Of a stretch of 64,000 bases of DNA, positions 60,582 through 64,000 are shown one piece after another. Position 1 is the stretch's first letter; every line of letters starts with the position of its first letter. This stretch comes from Lama glama (Eukaryota), in contig CM052833.1 of assembly GCA_028534125.1 (NCBI GenBank), positions 19,592,001-19,656,000 of the forward strand, in the 5' to 3' direction. The position numbers and the translations under genes were made by a program. Under the pieces are notes generated by a model. It was not told the origin of the DNA. It worked only from the letters and a program-made list of their open reading frames with translations, and made no database searches.

Positions 60582-62080
60582 GTAAGTGTGGCGGGATCCT
60601 GAGACCCCGTGGTTGACAAACTCATGTTGCAGGTTCTCCGCTCGGTGGGTTATCGCCAACCCAACACCCAGGTCGGGCAACCCCACGGAGGCCAGCGCCA
60701 CCTCTGGGTGCAGTCCCTGCTCGGTCATCGCTGCCCAGGTGGCTGTCAGCACACGGTGTCTCCTGCTCCTGGCCCTGGTGGCGGCCGAGTTGTGCTGCGT
60801 CTGCCTCCCCCTCAGCGTTGGGCTTGGGAGTTGCGTCCGTGCTGGGACAGGCAGGGCCTGGTGTGGCCGAGCTGGAAGGCGGGGGCAGGGGTGAGGGTCC
60901 AGCCCCTCCTGGGGGTGAGGGGTGGGCTGTGTGGGTCTTAGCGAGCAGTGCGGCTCTTCAGGTAGTGGTGATGGTTGTTAAAGTTTCTAGCTGCATCCTG
61001 CCCTGAGTCACCGCCCTCCTTTGGGAAGTGAAACATTGACATTTGGCCACAGTGCTCTGTGACCTGCACCTCAGAGACCAGGGGCCACCAGGGGCTTGTG
61101 TTCCAAGTCGGCTTTCCAGTCTGGAGTTCCGGCCACAGTTACAGGTCCTTGGCTCCCGTGGTGGCCATAGGAGTGTATGGAGCCTAGGGCTGCCTGGCGA
61201 CTGGCTTGGGGGGCCATCGTGAGCATGGGATGCAGCCAGCCTGGCGGGAATGGTGGCCAGGCTGCCAGGCCCAGGGCCCCTGGGACCCTTTGGGGGACAG
61301 AGCTGCTCGGAGTCCTCAGGCCTGCTGGCCCGGGGCTGGAGCTGAGGCTTGCTCTGCGCACACCTGGCCGCCCAGGACAGACGGGGGGCTGCTGTGTGCC
61401 TCCCCTCAAACCACAGCGGTGAGCCAGTGCCCTGGGGCTGCAGGTCAGGCCTGCTCTCGTCCTCTGCTGTCCCCTCCCTCATCCCAGGTCCCTGCCCTGG
61501 TTGGGCCGCTAGCCCCAAGCCCCTCCAGCCCGGGGACTGCGGCTTCCCTCACACGGTGACAGTCTCTCTGTGGGCCCTCTGTCACCCCAGCAGCATGGGT
61601 CCCCGAGGTCCAGACCCCGAGCCCCGGGGTGAATAAGGGCAACTCTCTGCCCACAGGAGGATCTCACTCTTGCCAGGCTCTGAACACAAGGTGCCGTCGC
61701 CCGCAGGGTCCAGGGCGCTGGTCCGGGACCCCCACGGATGAGAAAACCAGAAGTGCTCATGTCCCCATATGAAACAGGGTGGGGTGTGCAGGGGACCTCC
61801 GTCTCTAGGTTACATGCCCAGTGTGATGTGCACCATGTGTCAGCGGTTTTAAGTGCCACGTGGTTGGTGGCTGGAACTTGCAGGGCTGGTGGAACCCGTG
61901 GACGTGGAGCCGGGGCGCAGAGGCCGGTGTACTTGGAATCCTCCCAGGTTTAGACAGGACGAAGAGCGAGTGCGACAGCAGCACCAGCCCGACACCCGGC
62001 TGAGAGTCAGGCTCCTGCACATACTGATGTGTCCTGTCCACACCGTCTGTGCTGGCTGAGGCGCCCTGAGAGCAGACGCC

Positions 62081-62103
62081 GGGCGGGAGGGCGGGAGGGC
62101 GGG
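62081..62103 (+). promoter_or_regulatory. G-quadruplex motif / tandem GC boxes
   Basis: GGGCGGGAGGGCGGGAGGGCGGG: six G3 tracts with single-nucleotide loops and three GGGCGG Sp/KLF cores. Confidence 0.55.
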
Positions 62104-64000
62104 CAGGCCTGCAGGCCACAGGGCGGAGACACAGATGGAGTCTCCTGCTGGGTTTGGAGGTGGGCCCAGGGGCCGCCACTGGCCTGCGCCCACCCTCTCC
62201 TGGGGCTGCCGGGCGCCAGCCTCCCTTTTTGGAAATCGTGACTTCCCAAAGGCTCCTTCCGGGCCATACACCACAGGGCACGTCTGAGAGGCCCCACCTA
62301 TGTCGCCGGGCATTGTCACCAGACACTTGCAGGTCTGCCCGAGGGAGCCCGTCCTGCGCTTATTAGGCAGAGCTCGGGCCGCGCGCCAGCGGGTTGGTTC
62401 CTTTGACTCCACTGCTCTTCCTCTGCGTGGCCCCGGTGGGCTGGGCTTCTCAGGGTGTGGGTTCTCCTCCTGAGAAGGGGGGCGTGGGTACTGCTCTGCG
62501 ACGTTCCTGCACTGGAGGCCCCTGTTCACGCGTGACCAGGTGGCTCAGGCCCAGGCTGCCCCTCCTCCTCCCGGATGCGGGTGCAGGCGCAGGGAGCATG
62601 TGTCGGGGAGCGTGCTTCCTGCCCCCAACTATCTGCGTCTCCCGCACAAGGCCTAGGAGATGCCGCCACTCTTACCCCAGCGCTGGGAGAGCTGTCTGAT
62701 CATCGGGCTCGTGGTCTCCACCCAGAAGTTTGACAGTGTTGAGAGATGGATTGGCTGTCACAGCTCAGGGCGTGGGTTGGGGGCTGCAGGGATGCTCTGC
62801 ACATCCAGCAGTGCGCGGGGCAGACCCCAAGTCAGTAGGCCCTGACCTCGGCAGGTGCCGGGCTCTGTTGACACCTGTGGGTGATGGCTGGTTTGGCTTC
62901 GTCTGCAGAGGGAAGAGAACGTGGCTAGCAACCGGAAGGAGGGGCGGAGGGGCCACAGGGAACGCGCACCACCCGGGGTCTTGGTCTGGGACCCTGCGTT
63001 GGGAACAGCTCCCCTGGCAACTGGACGTGGACCAACATGACCACACGAGCCCCAGCCTCCCCAGTAGCAGCGTCCACCCCACTAGTGCTGGCTGGCATTT
63101 CCCCCAACTCCTGGGGGCCACCTGTGCATGTGGGGAGTGGTGCGACTGCAGCCTTCCAGGGGGCCCTCCCTCAGCATCCCAACCAGCCTCTTCTCGAGGG
63201 CTCAGAGGGGCTGGGCGCGGGGAGCCCCTTGGACTGATACAGCACGGCGGGTCCGGGTCTGTGCCCCTTAGAGGGAGGTGACTGAAGACGGGGTGTGGGC
63301 CGCTGCGGGTGTATGGTTCCGTGTCTGTTATCCGAGCACCTGCGATCTCCCGAAAGCCTTTCACTTGCCCCAGGTCTGGCGTCCCCGGAGCGCACGCTGC
63401 TAGCTGGCAGCTTGTGGGTGCGGGATGTCCCCTGCTGGCCTTGCGGCGGGCGAGCGTCCCGAGGTCTCAGCCTGTGCCTTGCTGGGACCCCCCACTTCTG
63501 GGGCGTTTTGGCCCATTTGTTCTAGAACGATATGAGGTCTCCATGACCACACTGGCAAGAAGAGGGTTTCTTGTAAACTGATACGAGAAGTGCCGGGCAT
63601 CTTACCCATCAGCTCCAGGAGACCTGGTTTAACACTGTGGGCCGAGGTTATTTGTGTCTGTTCTCATGGAAGACCTGACAGTCAAGATGGAAAGTACTGG
63701 GGTTTGTCTTTGAGGAAGGAGCTGAACATGCAGCCGTTCTGATTTGGCTGAGGAAACTCCACTCCCTGGCATGAGCTGCCCTCTCCTAATGGGCTTCTAC
63801 TCTGGCCAAAGAGGGAGGCGAGGCTGAGGTTAGTAAGACTGGATCTCAGGATCCCCGTACGTCCCTGGTTCTCAGGGAGTCTTCTGGGAAATGCTGGGCA
63901 GGACCAGCAGCTCCTCTGGGCCGAGCCTGCCCTGATTCGGAAGGTTTGCTTTGTCGTCAGAGCTCCTCCCTGGCTCCTTCTTCCTCACAGGGCCCCACGC

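Noticed and set aside
59368-60585. 405-aa + strand ORF overlapping the TM exon
   Set aside because: It starts in a TG microsatellite at a non-ATG codon, has no recognisable domain, and reads the real exon out of frame (WWWSRSWS). Long stop-free frames are expected at this GC content.
63961-64000. Strong-looking acceptor CTCCTTCTTCCTCACAG near the window end
   Set aside because: The following GGCCCCACGC does not match the expected next LDLRAD4 peptides (EGCLWP.. or IMHAPR.., from recall), and too little sequence follows to evaluate it.
1-64000. A novel multi-gene or prokaryote-type system (operon, defence island, viral genes)
   Set aside because: All recognisable content is explained by LDLRAD4 exons and mammalian repeats. 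I found no intact transposase, RT, gag/pol/env or foreign-composition insert.

Overview
Mammalian genomic DNA, most likely camelid, judging from three copies of a tRNA-derived SINE resembling the camelid vic-1 type. The window is GC-rich and almost entirely intronic. It lies inside LDLRAD4 (C18orf1, a PMEPA1-family inhibitor of TGF-beta/SMAD signalling) on the + strand. Three coding exons splice in frame: 12157-12196 (ATG exon, 5'UTR probably from ~11765), 24266-24406 (LDL-receptor class A domain) and 60427-60581 (transmembrane helix). Together they give 112 aa: [113 protein letters not shown] did not find the first exon or the 3' exons (PY motifs/SIM) in the window. The rest is intron containing L1, L2, MIR, SINE, Tigger2, MER5A and solo-LTR relics plus small tandem duplications. 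Almost all ORFs in the supplied track appear to be GC-rich noise. I see no new multi-gene system. The most notable observations are: a tailless 5'-half tRNA-Cys retrocopy with perfect 16-bp target-site duplications; a leader with seven uATGs and a spliced 78-aa out-of-frame ORF overlapping the LDLRAD4 start; GC-directed amino-acid drift in the TM exon; a candidate alternative first exon with TTG in place of ATG; and a sense solo LTR with an intact TATA box but a degenerate polyA signal. All comparisons to human or to repeat consensus sequences are from memory and need database confirmation.
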